Assembly (NCBI GenBank): GCA_951406725.2
Contig: OX597825.1
Span: forward strand, 29,326,001 to 29,390,000
Direction: 5' to 3'
From: Octopus vulgaris
Taxonomy: Eukaryota
DNA length: 64,000 nucleotides
Positions 1 through 13,520 of this stretch are shown here, piece after piece. Numbering within the stretch: the first letter of the stretch is position 1; every line of letters begins with the position of its first letter. The notes beneath the pieces are model-generated. The model ran no database searches. It saw only the letters and a program-made list of their open reading frames with translations, and was not told where the DNA came from. Both the position numbers and the translations under genes were made by a program.

Positions 1-374
1 GTCAGTTATCAGCCAAACAGACAGACAGACAGACAGCTAGATAAGTGGATACATAGATAAATAGATAGACGAATATACACATGTGTGTGAGTGCGTGTGT
101 GAATAAGTATGTATATTGGTAATTCATGTTATTTTATGAATGAAGCATTGCTGATAGTATTGGCTATTCCTTGTTTGACATTCTGACTGGGTCACTCTGC
201 ACTTTCAATGACTTGTGGATCATAAAACTTCCTTACCAAAATACAGATGATGTTTAACAAGGAGAAAAGCATTCAGTTGTAACATTCTACCTCAAAATCT
301 GTTCCCATCCGTTTATTGTTAGCACAGACATTCAACAAACAAGCATAAACCATTTCTTTTTTTTTTCCTCTTTG

Positions 375-421
<47 letters not shown>

Positions 422-996
422 ATTTAACTATGTTTTTGTACATGGGTTTTCCTTGTATCTATAAAACTTTTCTACTTCCAGCTGATATTTTCTTTGTGAT
501 TAGAATCCGTTTTAATCTGTCCTTTCTTGCCATTGAAACAACTCATCATCAAAGTTATGAAAAGAAAAAGAAAAAACAAAAACAAAAACAAAAACAAAAA
601 CAAAACAGAGAGAAAAGTTTGAATGTAATAAATATTTTATATTTTTATATTTAGAACGGTATTAATTAAAATAACCAAAACTATAAAATAAAATAAAATA
701 AAAAAATAAAAATAAAAATTGTATAAATTGTTTGAATTATCTCCATTAGACACAACGCCGTCAGAATTCTTTCTGCCAGAAGTTGTACATATGAACAGCA
801 AGAGAAAGACACATGCACATCATTGCACATTATATTATTAGATAAATATACACAGAAAGAAAAACTACAACTTCTCAACTTTCATTAACAATCCAGTAAT
901 TAAAACTTTACAACAAAGCGTGTACTTGCTTCTTGGTGTTTCATGTTAAATGCCTTGAACCAGCATATCATCAGTTCTAAACTACATCGCAGACAA

Positions 997-1464
997 TTAA
1001 ATGTAGCACTCTGGGTAATTAGTTGTTGGAAATTCTAACAGTCTCGGACTTCTGGCACCAACATCTCTGATAACATCACCATTTTCTAAACAGGATTTCA
1101 TTATTACAACCCTTTTTTGAAATTCTTGGCTTTCTTCTAAAATGTTCTTGCTGTTATCATTATTGTTATTCCTGCTGCTGTTGCTGTTGGTGCCAGTGGT
1201 GTTATTGATGCTGTTGTTGTTATTGTTGGTGGTGGTGGTGGGTGTAAGATTATTGCTGTTGTCATCACTGTTGTTGTAACCACTGCCAATTTTTAGCTGT
1301 TGTTTCTTCGGTGTTGCTGATGTAATATTTCCTGATATTCTTGCTGTTGATATTGATGTAGTTCTTGTTGTAGAGTGTAGTGAATCAATGCTGCTGCTTA
1401 TCTTCTGGTCTGTCTTGCCCTGTTTGAGCAGACTCATGATGAAAAGGCTTTCCAGCCTTGTCAA
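997..1464 (-). CDS. possible host coding exon, S/T/N-rich low-complexity ORF of unknown function
   Basis: 468-nt open frame with non-repetitive flanks around a mixed AAC/AGC/ACC core; in-frame stop just upstream, no convincing splice acceptor, no recognisable domain. Confidence 0.22.
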   Translation of the reverse strand: MTRLESLFIMSLLKQGKTDQKISSSIDSLHSTTRTTSISTARISGNITSATPKKQQLKIGSGYNNSDDNSNNLTPTTTTNNNNNSINNTTGTNSNSSRNNNNDNSKNILEESQEFQKRVVIMKSCLENGDVIRDVGARSPRLLEFPTTNYPECYI

Positions 1465-1550
1465 ATTTGTCTTTTTAAGCTACATTAATTTATGTATTTC
1501 ATTTTTGGATTTGGTTTGCAAGATTCTTTATATGAGTTCGTGTGTTGAAG

Positions 1551-1842
1551 CATATTCTGTTGTGTCTGGGGAGAGTCATTTTCTTTTTGTGCCTTATAAA
1601 TGTAACACACTCACCGGTAAAATTTCCACTTTTTTCTTATTCTTATTTTTCTAAAATTTTTGTTGCGTCTCGCAACCTTTTCAATAGTTTTGACTCTAAA
1701 CTATTGAAAAACTATTGAACAGGTTGCAAGACACAACGAAAATTTTAGGAGAATAAAAATAAAAATGTGGAAATTTTACTGGTGAGTGTGTTACATTATA
1801 AGGCACAAAAAGGAAATGACTCCCCAGACAAAACAGTTTATG
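1551..1842. mobile_element. foldback/palindromic MITE-like element
   Basis: left arm ctgttgtgtctggggagagtcatt...ttcaatagttt is the imperfect reverse complement of right arm aaactattgaa...aatgactccccagacaaaacag; arms about 140 bp. Confidence 0.8.
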
Positions 1843-1864
1843 TATTGTCCCATTTTAAAGACAT

Positions 1865-3075
1865 GGTGAGCTGGCAGAATCGTAGCAGATGGATGAAATC
1901 TTTAGCTGTATTTAATCCATCTTTGTTCCGTGTTCAAATTCCACCAGGGTCGACTTTGCCTTTTATTCTTTCAGGGTCAATAAAATGACTGGCCCCTCCC
2001 TCAAATTTCAGGCCTTGTGCCTATAATAGAAAGGATTATTATTTTTCCTTTTATTTTAGGTTTTGCTGTAAATCATGGATACTTACATGCTTAGCAAGAT
2101 TGCTGCCTGCAGCCCACAGTACCATGCTTGTTATTATTTTATCACCATTATTATTAAATCAGTGAACTGGCTGAACCATTAGCAAATTGGGCAAAATGCT
2201 CACTGATATTTCATCTGTCTTTATGTTCTGGGTTCAAATCTCACCAAGTTCGACTTTACCTTTCATCATTTCGGGGTCAATAAAATAAGTACAAGTCAAG
2301 TACTGGGGTTGATGAAATCGATTTCCCTTCCCCTCAAATACTGCTGGCCATGTGCCAAACTTTAAACCATCACTATTATTATTATTATTATTCTTTTAAC
2401 TCAGGTATTGTTGGAACTCTCAGAGTCTTGCATCCTACCTTACCACTTGCAGTATCCATGCTTACTACCTGCAGCCTACAGTAATGCTGTCTGTTCTTGT
2501 TAAGTCTCTAATACTTGCCTGATTATTCTGGCCATGCCAAGGAGACAAATCTTTTCTATCAGTTCTACTGGGCACTCTATTCCAATTTCCTTTATATTCC
2601 TCTAGATGCCTTTTGATACTGTCCCCAGGGACCCAACAATAATTGGCACTATCTTCACCTTCTTAATTTTCCATAGTCTTCTTCATTTTCCATATTATTA
2701 TTATTATTATTATTATTATTGGCAGAATCGTGAGCACACTGGATAAAATGCTTAGTGGTATTTCGTCTGCCGCTACATTCTGAGTTCAAATTCCGCCGAG
2801 GTCATCTTTGCCTTTCAGCCTTTCGTGGTTGATAAATTAAGTACCAGTTACACACTGGGGTCAATGTAATCGACTTAATCCATTTGTCTGTCCTTGTTTG
2901 TCCCCTCTGTGTTTAGCCCCCTGTGGATAGTAAAAAAAATAGGTATTTCATCTGCTGAGTTCCAGTTCTATGAAGGTTGAATTTACCTTTCATCCTTTTG
3001 GGGTCAATAAATTAAGCTCCAGTGACGTAATCAACTTACCTCTTCCTAAAAAATTTCAGGCTTTGCGTCATTAGG
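1865..3075 (+). mobile_element. cluster of four tRNA-derived SINE copies with Meta-like core (about 1865-2040, 2160-2375, 2720-2945, 2945-3075)
   Basis: recurrent variants of gttcaaattcc..ggtcgactttgcctttcatcctttcggggtcgataaa and tail ggccttgtgcc; same family as 25047-25277. Confidence 0.8.
2395..2692 (-). mobile_element. 3' fragment of R4/Dong-like (RLE) non-LTR retrotransposon in (TAA)n
   Basis: minus strand reads LWKIKKVKIVPIIVGSLGTV...ELIEKICLLGMARIIRQVLET*, typical of the RLE C-terminus; (ATT)n on both sides. Confidence 0.7.
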
Positions 3076-3090
3076 ATCTAATTATCATCA

Positions 3091-3160
<70 letters not shown>

Positions 3161-3536
3161 TATCATTATTATCATTATCATTTTCATCTTCTTCTTGTTC
3201 CTGCTATTGCAGATAGTGCACCTACTCTTGTTTTTACTAACGTAGTTATTAGAAAAGAGTTGCCTGCTTCTCAGTGACCTTTCACTTGTAAAGTACTCAA
3301 AACGTTGATGTTTGCTTTGTGTTTTAGTACTGGGAGCGACACACCTGCATTGCTAGAAATAATCTTCTTTGTGTTTTTATCTCAAAACTAAAGCCATCAC
3401 TATCTTATCCTCTTCACTTAATATATATGCGGAGGCCACACTGAGTTCATGGTACGTTCTTAAGGGAGATTACTCTTGCTAAACTTCAAAGGGAATGGCT
3501 TCTCTATAATTTAGATAGATAATATATAGAAATATT

Positions 3537-3568
<32 letters not shown>

Positions 3569-3725
3569 TATTCACACATATTATATATAGTTAAATATAT
3601 ATACATGTAAGTTTACATGAATATATCAATATATATATATATCAATATATATATGTGTGTGTATATATATACATATATAAACATATATAGAAATATATAT
3701 ATATATGAATATATAAATGTATATA

Positions 3726-3785
<60 letters not shown>

Positions 3786-4614
3786 CATACATATACATGT
3801 ATCAGCAGCAGCATGTAAACCATCTCCACCACCACCACCACCACCACCACTACCACTATTACTACTACTACTACTACTACTACTGATAATGATGTTGATG
3901 ATGATGATTATGATTATGATGATGATGGTACTTGTTTATAAGTATATATTTGTCAGTTTAACAAATTTGATACTATTTCATTTCTGTAATGGTAAAGTCT
4001 AGATTTTATCTTCCTATTCTAAATAAAATAATTTAATTTATAAATTTTTACATAGAATGTGCGTTTCCAATATATTTTTCAAGTCTTTGGAGCATTTTTT
4101 CCTTTTCTTTATCGTCCTTTTCTTTTTTTTTTCTTTTTCTTTCTCATTTTTGTTGATTTTTTTTTTTAGTTTACTCTTAATGAAAAATTGTTTTAGAAAA
4201 AACAAAATGAAAAAAACACACGTTGTGATGTCTAAGCGCAATGATGTCAATAGGATGTAATTAATTGCATAATGAAGAATATTTACTTTGGAGAAAATTT
4301 GTTGATGTTGTTTGAAGTCATGAAGTATTGATTTACATTTCCACCCTTTTAAGAAGCGTCAGATTATCTTACGCAATGAAGGAGGGAGTCTCAGACTTCT
4401 TCCTAAGTCGCTTGGTTAAGTGTTCATGTCCGCTTTACAAACACACACACACACACCCACACACACACCCACACACACACATGCACATGTATGTGCATGC
4501 ACATGCACACGTACACACAGTTCTTTTATTTTGATGAATAGCTTTCATAAAACATGGCATCACTTAGAATATTGGCTCACTAACTGGTCTTGCTGTTCTT
4601 GTAGTAGTTCCTTT

Positions 4615-4785
4615 TATTATTGTTATCATTATTGTTGTTATTATTATTATTATTATTATTATCACCATTATTATTATTATTACTATTATTATTATTATTG
4701 TTATTATTATTGTTATTATTATTATTATCATTATTATCATTATTATTACTATCATTATTATCATCATCATTATTATTATTATTAC

Positions 4786-4820
<35 letters not shown>

Positions 4821-4824
4821 GTAC

Positions 4825-4862
<38 letters not shown>

Positions 4863-4866
4863 GTAC

Positions 4867-4918
<52 letters not shown>

Positions 4919-4920
4919 TA
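4615..4920. repeat. (ATT)n microsatellite
   Basis: direct; source of the poly-N/L/Y/I ORFs. Confidence 0.95.
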
Positions 4921-5228
4921 GCAAGTGTTATTGCATGGCTGATCAAGCAGAGCATTTGATTAGTAATTTTAGCTTTGTTCATTCTGTTTTGATTGCTGAG
5001 TTTGCTGTCTGTCCTAGGATTTAGGAGTTACGACTATGTGGTTTCCCCATTTTAAAAATGGCAGTACATTTCTTAAGAATTTTGGCCGCTACACCGAACA
5101 GATTGAGTGACTAGATAGACATTCCACACAGGCCCAACAATTTTAAAAATTGGATATTTGAATAAATGAAAGAAAAGTTCTACCATTGATGTCATGGCTG
5201 AAATTCCTCTGATTGGCTTAAAGTTTAA

Positions 5229-5390
5229 TTATTTATTTTATTTTATTTATTTTATCTAGTTTCAGCTCATGAGCTATGGCCATGCTGGAGCACTGCCATT
5301 CAAAAATATGTTACCGGCCAGCCATGAGACTTGAACTCACATCCCTGTGATTATGTGTCAAGTGCTTTACCATTAAGCTAAACTGTCCAG
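5229..5390 (-). mobile_element. short tRNA-derived SINE with A-rich tail
   Basis: minus strand: A box tagcttaatggtaaagc, B box gagttcaagtctc, tail ggcagtgctccagcatggcc, then (taaaa)n; absent from the related copy at 57.1 kb. Confidence 0.7.
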
Positions 5391-5527
5391 TAACCATTTC
5401 TGTACCTAACACACTCTCACACACGTATATTATCATATCCCCAGACCAGAGAATTGGCCTTAATATTTTGCAGCAGAATGTACTTTTCTATTAAAGGTGC
5501 CAAAGAGTCAAGGGCCAGGGCGTATTA

Positions 5528-5756
5528 TTAACCCTTTCGTTACCAACCCAGCTGACACCGGCTGTGGCTCAGTAGTACAAATGTCTTGTTTTCATAAGTT
5601 TTGAATTAAAATCTTCTACCAAACCTTTGTCACAATTTATGTTCCCAACACTAGCTTAATGATAACAAAGTTATTTTACTAAATTCTTTGTTATATATAA
5701 AATAATTGAAAGAAACACTGAGCATCTCAGAATAAATATGGTAATGAAAGGGTTAA
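5528..5756 (+). mobile_element. piggyBac-type MITE, family 1
   Basis: TTAA-ccctttcgttacc ... ggtaatgaaaggg-TTAA; homologous to 41467 and 56786. Confidence 0.85.
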
Positions 5757-6528
5757 ACAGGACAATAGATCATGCCGATCTGTGAAGTGAGAAATTTCAA
5801 GATTTGAACTCAGAATGCCAATAGCTTGAGCTAATAACACAAAGTATCATGGTCAGCTCACTAATGATACTGCTATTCCACTGTCTTAGACTGGTATTTT
5901 ATTTCATTGAGCCTAGAAGTATGAAAGGCAAAAATTGACCCTTCTGGGATTTTAGTTTTGAAATGACAGGAGAAATACCACAAGGTATTTTGTCGAAGCT
6001 CTAACGACTAAACCAATTCACTGCTTTAATAAGCAATGAATGGTTTCTTATATCTCTCACCAAGTATTATAAATCAATAATATTTTCTATATTTCTTTTA
6101 TATTAACATGAAATTTTGATTATTATATATAATGAATAATTTATTTCAAATATGGTTGTGTGTGATTAGCAACAGGGAAGTGAGATAAATATAATAACAT
6201 TTTGAAAAAACAGAAAAAGTCATAGAAACAAAGGAATATGAATAAAATGATAAAAATCAGTTGAGTTCAGATTACACCAATGTGATATTTTGGTTTTCGA
6301 GTGAACCGAATACTAAAGTCACCCCAGTGTTGAATGTTTTTCCATTTATCTAAATTCTTTCATTTTATTCCTCTTAGTCTTTCAAGTAAAGCTTATACAT
6401 TCATGGCAAAAATATTCCATATTCTTTGATATTTTACTTGTTCCTTTGAAAATAAAGAATATATTATATTTCTATTTATTTCTTTGCTAATCCATAATTC
6501 AGATTTAAAGCACTTGCTAATACTGCAA

Positions 6529-6574
<46 letters not shown>

Positions 6575-9241
6575 GTATGTGTTGTGTGTGTATATACATG
6601 TATGTGTGTGTGTGTTTGTGTATGTATGTTCATACATGTATATATATATATGAATGTGTGTATACATATATATTTATATATGTATATGTATATATATATA
6701 TTTATATATATGTATGTGTATATACATATATATATGTATATATATATATATATATATATCTGTTTGTATTTGCATATATCATACAATGCTTATATGCTTA
6801 TATTAACTACCAAATTTCTTTTTTCATAAAGCTATTTTTCTTTGTTATTAAGAAACGATTTTGATGGACTTCAAAAACATTTTATAAAGAAAGCTATCTT
6901 TTTCTCAGTAAACTTTCTTAGATACTCAGAAACAAATAAAGTTTTAAAGTATTTTCACCAAGGTATCAATGTACAGAGTTGCTTTGAAAAATAAAAAATG
7001 TTGTATGAATTAGATTAATTCCAATATTCACATCATCTTAGATAAATAATGGAGAATAAATATGGAAATAATGTGTGTGAGAAGGGAATTATTAAGTGAA
7101 TAGATGAAAATAAAGAAAAGTAATGTGTCACAAGATAAAACAAGTTAACATTTATTCAATATTTATGTATTAGTTTTATATATATATATATTTAGTTTGA
7201 TGTCCTTCTTCTTCTTCATGTCCTATGCCTGCAGGCATCAGCAATCAAAGACCTCTCTGCCAAAGTTTGAAGATTCATGATTTTTTTCCTCTGGAAAGAT
7301 AGAGAAATGGTTTTCCATTGCCAACTGCTGGTTTATCTACAGTTTATTCTGCTAACTCTCTGCTCTCCTGAGCTTGCCCTTGAGGTACAAGGTCTGTTTA
7401 ACCTTTAAGCAGAGTGAATGGTCTATATGATAACCGAGCATCTCTGTGCATTTGTGGCCCTTTGTGACACATATCTAGAGGCTAGCCCTCTTGTCACACC
7501 TGTATGCATCAGTCACTGGATCACCTTCTGACATGTGACTCAAAACTGGGGCTCTTCACAGACACTACTATCCAAACTGGAGCAGACCTGGGAGTTGTGA
7601 TGATGAAGGGGTGCTCCATACTCTTCAAATCTCCAGAACTTCCAAAGAAGAACCATATTACCAGATGCAGTTTAATGGTGCACTCAGGACATATTGGTTA
7701 CATCACTAACAACTAAAAAATTTTTAGAACACCTGTTACTGACAAAGCTTGCAGACTTTTACCTCCAGGTATTATACCATGAAGACAATTCTGCAGCCCA
7801 GTGGTAAAAAGGACATATATTATGGATGAGGTCACAAGGGCAATAAAAGGACTCTCATAAACCAGTTGATTGATTTGTTGATCAAATAATAAATCAAGAA
7901 ATCAATTAGTTCATTGGTTAATTATTTAACTAGCATTTTAATAACAATAAAAAGAACTGAAATAGAATCAGTGAGTGTTTGTTATTGGCAAAATGATCTT
8001 CCCAAGATATAACAAAATCTCTTCCAATATCAATTTCAAATCAAGAACCTGGTCAAACAAATACAAAAAAAGGAAATGTTATATCATAATTAATTATTAA
8101 ATCAATGAAAAATATAGCTATAAAAATATTGCAGCTGTTTTGATTTGCTATTGAACTGTGAGTCATTCGTATGAAGTCAGTTTTTGGTTTGATTAGATTG
8201 GAATTGGTTAAAGCAAGGAAAACCATAGTGGCAGCTTTTCTGTGATTGTCAAGACTCATAGGAATATTTGAATCGAAATACTTCAGACAAATAAAACCCT
8301 CATTTATTATAAAAACTACAGCAATTTATAGCAATGAGGTAGATTTACTTCATAATACACAAGTCATGTGTTCCTGAAAATCTTGTCATAATGTGGAAAT
8401 CTGTTATAGGAAGCATATTTTCATGGCTTTAATCAGTGTTGAGCTCAAGCCATATGATTGCAGGTTCAATTCTTGGACCAAGCGGCACATTGTGACCTTG
8501 GGCAAGGTACTTCATTTTACATTGCCCCAGCCAACTCTGCCCAAAATGTATTCCAGTCATGTACTGATGCATCATTCTCCCTCCTTTCAGCTGCCCTTGC
8601 CTTGATGTTCTGTTTGGTCAAGTCAAGGAGAGCTGACAACATGCCTTTGTTTACTCATGACTAGATAGACACATAAAACAATTACTTAAAGCATAGTACA
8701 TGATACCAAATTGTATTTATTTGTGAGTGATAGTCAATGGGAGATTAAGATTTGTCTAGTGGAATTCTAGGGATGCAATAAAACTTTCAGAAATATGATG
8801 CTTCTGAAATGCTGAACTACACTGTGTGTATGTAGGCGTCAGTAGCTATATGTGTAAATATTTGTATATATAAATATGTATATATATGTATGTGTGTGTG
8901 TATATATATATATATAGCTGAGCATCCAGCTGTAGAAACACTGCCAGATCAGACTGGTGCAGCTTCCTAGCTTCCAAGACTCCAGTCAAACCATCCAACC
9001 TATTCTAGCATGGAAAATGGACGTTAAGTGATGATGATTATGATGATGATGATGATGATGAGGATAATGATGATGATAATGGAGAAATTGTACAGAATGT
9101 ATAAATGGATGATGTGTAAAAGACTGGCACAGTTTCAATTACCTGTTGTTATCTGTAGATTTACTGCAGGAACTTCATAGTGGCAGTCTGAGTAATAATA
9201 TTAATAAAACAGGATATGGAATGTGTAATAGACTTTGTTGG

Positions 9242-9284
9242 GTACAACGCATGTTTCAGCCCATTCTGGGACTCTTCAGGTACA
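9242..9284 (-). ncRNA. minimal type I hammerhead-like motif (Penelope type)
   Basis: minus strand gtac-CTGAAGA-gtccca gaa tgggct-GAAA-c atgc g-TT-gtac; stems I and III pair, stem II imperfect at its base. Confidence 0.55.
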
Positions 9285-10002
9285 TCAATATATGCACACT
9301 TGGAGTGGTTGGTGTTAGGAAGGGCATCCAGCCACAGATGCAAAATCAGACTGGAACTCGGTGCAGCTCTCTGGATTACCAGTTCCAGTTAAACCATCTA
9401 ACCCATGTCAGCATAGAAAGCAGACACTAATAAGAAAGAAAATATATATTTACACACACACACGTATGTATGTATGCATGTATGTGTATATATGTGTGTG
9501 TGTATATATATATATATATATACACACATATATACATAATTAAAAGATAAACTCATTAAAATTAATGAATTTTATCAGTGGCTGGCATATAAAAAAAAAA
9601 AAATTTTTTAGGTAAAATTCATATATAGAGATAATTGTATAGAACACAGTTATAATCAAGATATATATATATGTATATATGAATGTATGCATGTATGCAT
9701 GCTTACATGTATGTATATATGTATGTATGTATGTACACTAAAATTTAAGTGACTTCACTTCAGACATTGATCAGCTCTGATAGCTACATGCAAAATAATT
9801 GACCCTTCAGATGGTAGTTAGATGAAGTTAGATTTTTTCTGGCTCCTTGTAGGGATCATGCATCTATGCTTGTATATATTAGTGTGATCATGAACATACA
9901 CACATATGCATGCACACACACACACACGTACTCCCTCCCTCTCTCTCTCTCTCCCTCCCCATCTCCCTCTCCTCTCTCTTCTTCTAGACTTTAGAATTTA
10001 GT

Positions 10003-10337
10003 TGCTGAGACTCCATTCAGTCATGACTGACTGTGGGATTGCACTTAGAATGTTACCCTCCCAGGTACAAGTCCGGGCAAGTTTGTTTGTGGAAGACCGG
10101 CAGTCGCCCTTGCATACCAGCCTCCCCTCTCCATGCCACCAGTGTTATCCAAGGGAAAGGCAACGGCTGATACAGCTTGGCACCTGTGACGTCGCAACTC
10201 ATTTCTACAGCTGAGTGAACTGGAGCAACGTGAAATAAAGTGTCTTGCTCAAGAACACAACATGCAGCCCGGTCCGGGATTTGAACTCACAACCTCATGA
10301 TCGTAAGCTCGATGCTCTAACCACTGAGCCATGCACC
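10003..10337 (-). mobile_element. full-length tRNA-Arg-like CORE SINE (OR-like)
   Basis: head ggtgcatggctcagtggttagagc..ttacgat..gagttcaaatccc; CORE-like cttgagcaagacactt; TSD ttagaatttagt at 9991-10002 and 10338-10349. Confidence 0.85.
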
Positions 10338-11015
10338 TTAGAATTTAGTAGTTGGAAAGAAATGTTTTTCTTGGCAATCTGTTTGAAATGATGACTATGG
10401 ATATGTTTGTGTTTGAGAGAAAGAGGAGATAGCGAAAAATAGGATATGGTATCACAGAGAAAGTAATGTGTTGAGTAATTCCAATATAGCCACGCTGTAT
10501 CTACAGGATTTCTGGTTGGTGGAACACAGGTGGTGAGCATCTTGGCACAACCTTGATTAATGTCAGCAAAACATACACAAAAACGGAGATGCTTGTCAGA
10601 AGCACAAAGGCTGTTTTCTCAAATGATCTGTAAGAATATCTGTAGCACCTATTTTGTTTCAATTTTGTCCAGTAATTTTAAAAAGATGTTTAGGCTATGC
10701 TATACGATCTCCTGGATCTGCGTGTTATATTCTCATCAGCAATCCACTTTCGGATTATTTTTGAGAATTCAGAACATTGTTGTAGATATTTTTTTTTTAG
10801 TTTTTATCCTTTTGGTTATTTGATTTTAATTTGTTGTAGCTGTTGTTTCATGCATTGTAAAGAATTGATAAAGGATGGAAAAAAAACTAATAAATAAATG
10901 ATGAAATAAAATTGAATTTTTGCATATGTTGAATCAATATAAAAATTGTTTGGTGAATATTAACAAAAAAGAATTTTTTTTTCAAAATAGTTGTAATATA
11001 GATTTATTATTATTA

Positions 11016-11070
<55 letters not shown>

Positions 11071-11747
11071 TGTTTAAATATTTTTTTTGTTTTTGTTTTG
11101 TGTGTGTGCATCTTCGATCATTATTGGTGGCTTAAAATGGCTGACTTTTGCCTGGAATGGTGCCATAAGACAAGTTGAACCAAAAGTGTGACACAGTAGG
11201 CCTTTTACCATCACCAACATCATCCTCATCATCAACATCATCACCACCACCACCACCACCAATATCATTATCATCATCATCATCATCATCATCAATATCA
11301 TCATCATTATCATTACTATTACTATTATGAAACATTATATCTATCACAAAATAATTTTATGCGTATTTCCAATGATTCTATTGGTAGATAATGTTTGGGT
11401 ATGTTTTTGTTTTTGTTTTTCCTTCTTTTTTTTTTTCTTTGTCAGTTGTCTTTCTTTGTTCTTTGTGATGATTTAAACAAAAGAAAAATGATGAAACAGA
11501 ATAATGCATTTTAGATGAAGAGATGGATAAAATCGTAAACAGCCCCAAACACCATTATGGAGAATAATCATCATAGAAATGTGTGGTACATTCTATAATG
11601 GAACTACAAAATGCTAAGATTGAATGAGTCCCAAAGTCGTTAAGGTCATGAAGCCATCACACATGCATTTAACATCCTTGATATTAAGCTCAGCATGGTA
11701 GACTTCGACTTGAAATTAAAACCTCGTATTTTCTTCATCATGTAGAC

Positions 11748-12335
11748 CATAGGTTCTCAAAGTGGGTGCTACCGCCACCCAGTGGGTGTTGAGAGGGTCA
11801 AGGTGGGCGCTGGTGTCTAGGGGAGGGTGGGCAGTAGAGAAAAAGGAGGCATTGGTAGGAAATTAATGGATTGGGGTATGCTATGAATGTATAATATTAT
11901 TATAGTATTGTGTACAAATTATATAATATTACATTAAATATCAAATGAAGGGTTGGTGAAAGCGATATGGTGGACAACGAAAAACCTGGCTGATGACAGT
12001 CAAGGCTGATCAGGAACCTAACCTAGGCCCCCGTGTCTACAGCGTTTGCCGCTGGAATAGGGAGTGGTTGGAGATCACGCGATCATTAGCCTCAAATCAC
12101 CAGGCCTGGTTGGTATTTGTGAGAGATGCTGTATTGAGGATGAATGAAGCTAGCTCAACCCACCCCAGGTGAATGCTGTCTCAAGGCAAGACAAGACAAA
12201 TATCAAATGGTTCATAGTATAAATAAATTAGTAAAATATAAAATATTTATTTATACATAAAAATAGGGGTCGGGGCATTGAGGGTATTATGTGGCAATGA
12301 AGAGGGCAGTGGCACTAAAATTTTGAGAACCTCTG
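11748..12335 (+). mobile_element. hAT (Charlie-like) MITE
   Basis: TIRs cataggttctcaaa / tttgagaacctctg; 8-bp TSD atgtagac / gtgtagag resembling the NTCTAGAN preference. Confidence 0.8.
11948..12197 (+). mobile_element. 3' fragment of an RTE-clade LINE nested in the hAT MITE
   Basis: GW*KRYGGQRKTWLMTVKADQEPNLGPRVYSVCRWNREWLEITRSLASNHQAWLVFVRDAVLRMNEASSTHPR*; (caaga)n tail; TSD aaatatcaaatg at 11936-11947 and 12198-12209. Confidence 0.8.
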
Positions 12336-12459
12336 GTGTAGAGTGCATTCAATTGTATTACTCTCTCTCTCTCTCTCTTACCATATCCATATACACACAC
12401 ATATGTAAAGCACCTATACCAGTGGTAAATTAACGCACTTGTGCTGTTGGTGTGTAAAC

Positions 12460-12655
12460 ATACCCATGCTGGTGGCATGTAAAAAACACCCAATACACTC
12501 TGTTAAGTGGTTGGCATTAGGAAGGACATCCAGCCATAAAGACCATGCCACAACAGATAGTTGGAGTCTGGACAGCAACCTGCTAGCAAACTCCATGTCA
12601 AACCATCCAACCCATGCCAGCATGGAAAGCGGACGTTAAACGATAGTGTTGATGA
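12460..12655 (+). mobile_element. short RTE 3'-end copy (one of about 12 in the window)
   Basis: gtggttggcattaggaagg..catccagc..ccatccaacccatgccagcatggaaagcggacgttaaacgat matches the 3' end of the RTE at 20331-20530; other copies near 8920, 9300, 13110, 32460, 32920, 43660, 47200, 48530, 49650, 51770, 59530. Confidence 0.8.
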
Positions 12656-12821
12656 TCATATATATATATATATATATTTGTGGCTGTGTGGTAAAAAGTT
12701 TGCTTTCTGATTACAGATTCAGTCCCACAGTGTGGCAATGTGGAGAAGTGTCTTTCACTGTGGCCTCAGGCAGATCAAAGCCTTGAGAGTGGATTTGGGA
12801 GATATAAAGTGGAATAAGCAC

Positions 12822-12857
<36 letters not shown>

Positions 12858-12913
12858 GGCCTTATGGAGGCAATGACAAATGACCGAGGCCTTAGGCAAT
12901 ATGCCATGCTTGA

Positions 12914-13049
12914 GTTCAAATTCAGCTAAGGTCGACTTTGCCTTTCATCTTTTGGGGTCGATAAATTAAGTACCAGTTGCATACTAGGGTTGATCTAATC
13001 AACTGGCCCCTCCCCCAAAATTTCAGGCCTTGTGCCTAGAGTGGAAAAA
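12914..13049 (+). mobile_element. 5'-truncated Meta-like SINE inserted into an RTE-tail element
   Basis: perfect 16-bp TSD aatatgccatgcttga at 12898-12913 and 13050-13065. Confidence 0.85.
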
Positions 13050-13485
13050 AATATGCCATGCTTGACAAAAAGACCAATCAATCCAGGAGAAACCATAGTC
13101 GTGGCAGATATTGGTGTTACGCAACTGGCATCCATGGTGGTGGCACATAAAAGCGCCTATTATACTCTCAGAGTGGTTGGCATTAGGAAGGGCATTCATC
13201 TGTAGAAACGATGCCAAATGTGACTGGAGTCTGGTGCAGCCCCTCAGCTTACAAATGCTGATCAAACCAGCCAATTCATGCCAACATAGACAATGGACGT
13301 TAAATGGTGATGATGATGATGATGATGATGATATATATATAAATATATATATATGTATATACATATACATTTACATATATATATATATATGTATGTATTT
13401 ATATGTATGTATGTATGTATGTATATGTATATGTACATATGTATGTATATGTATGTATGTATATATATATACATACATGTATATG

Positions 13486-13520
<35 letters not shown>

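Noticed and set aside
10265-10337. tRNA-Arg gene; likewise the heads at 5320-5390 and 36841-36915
   Set aside because: No proper acceptor stem; continuous with SINE bodies, tails and TSDs.
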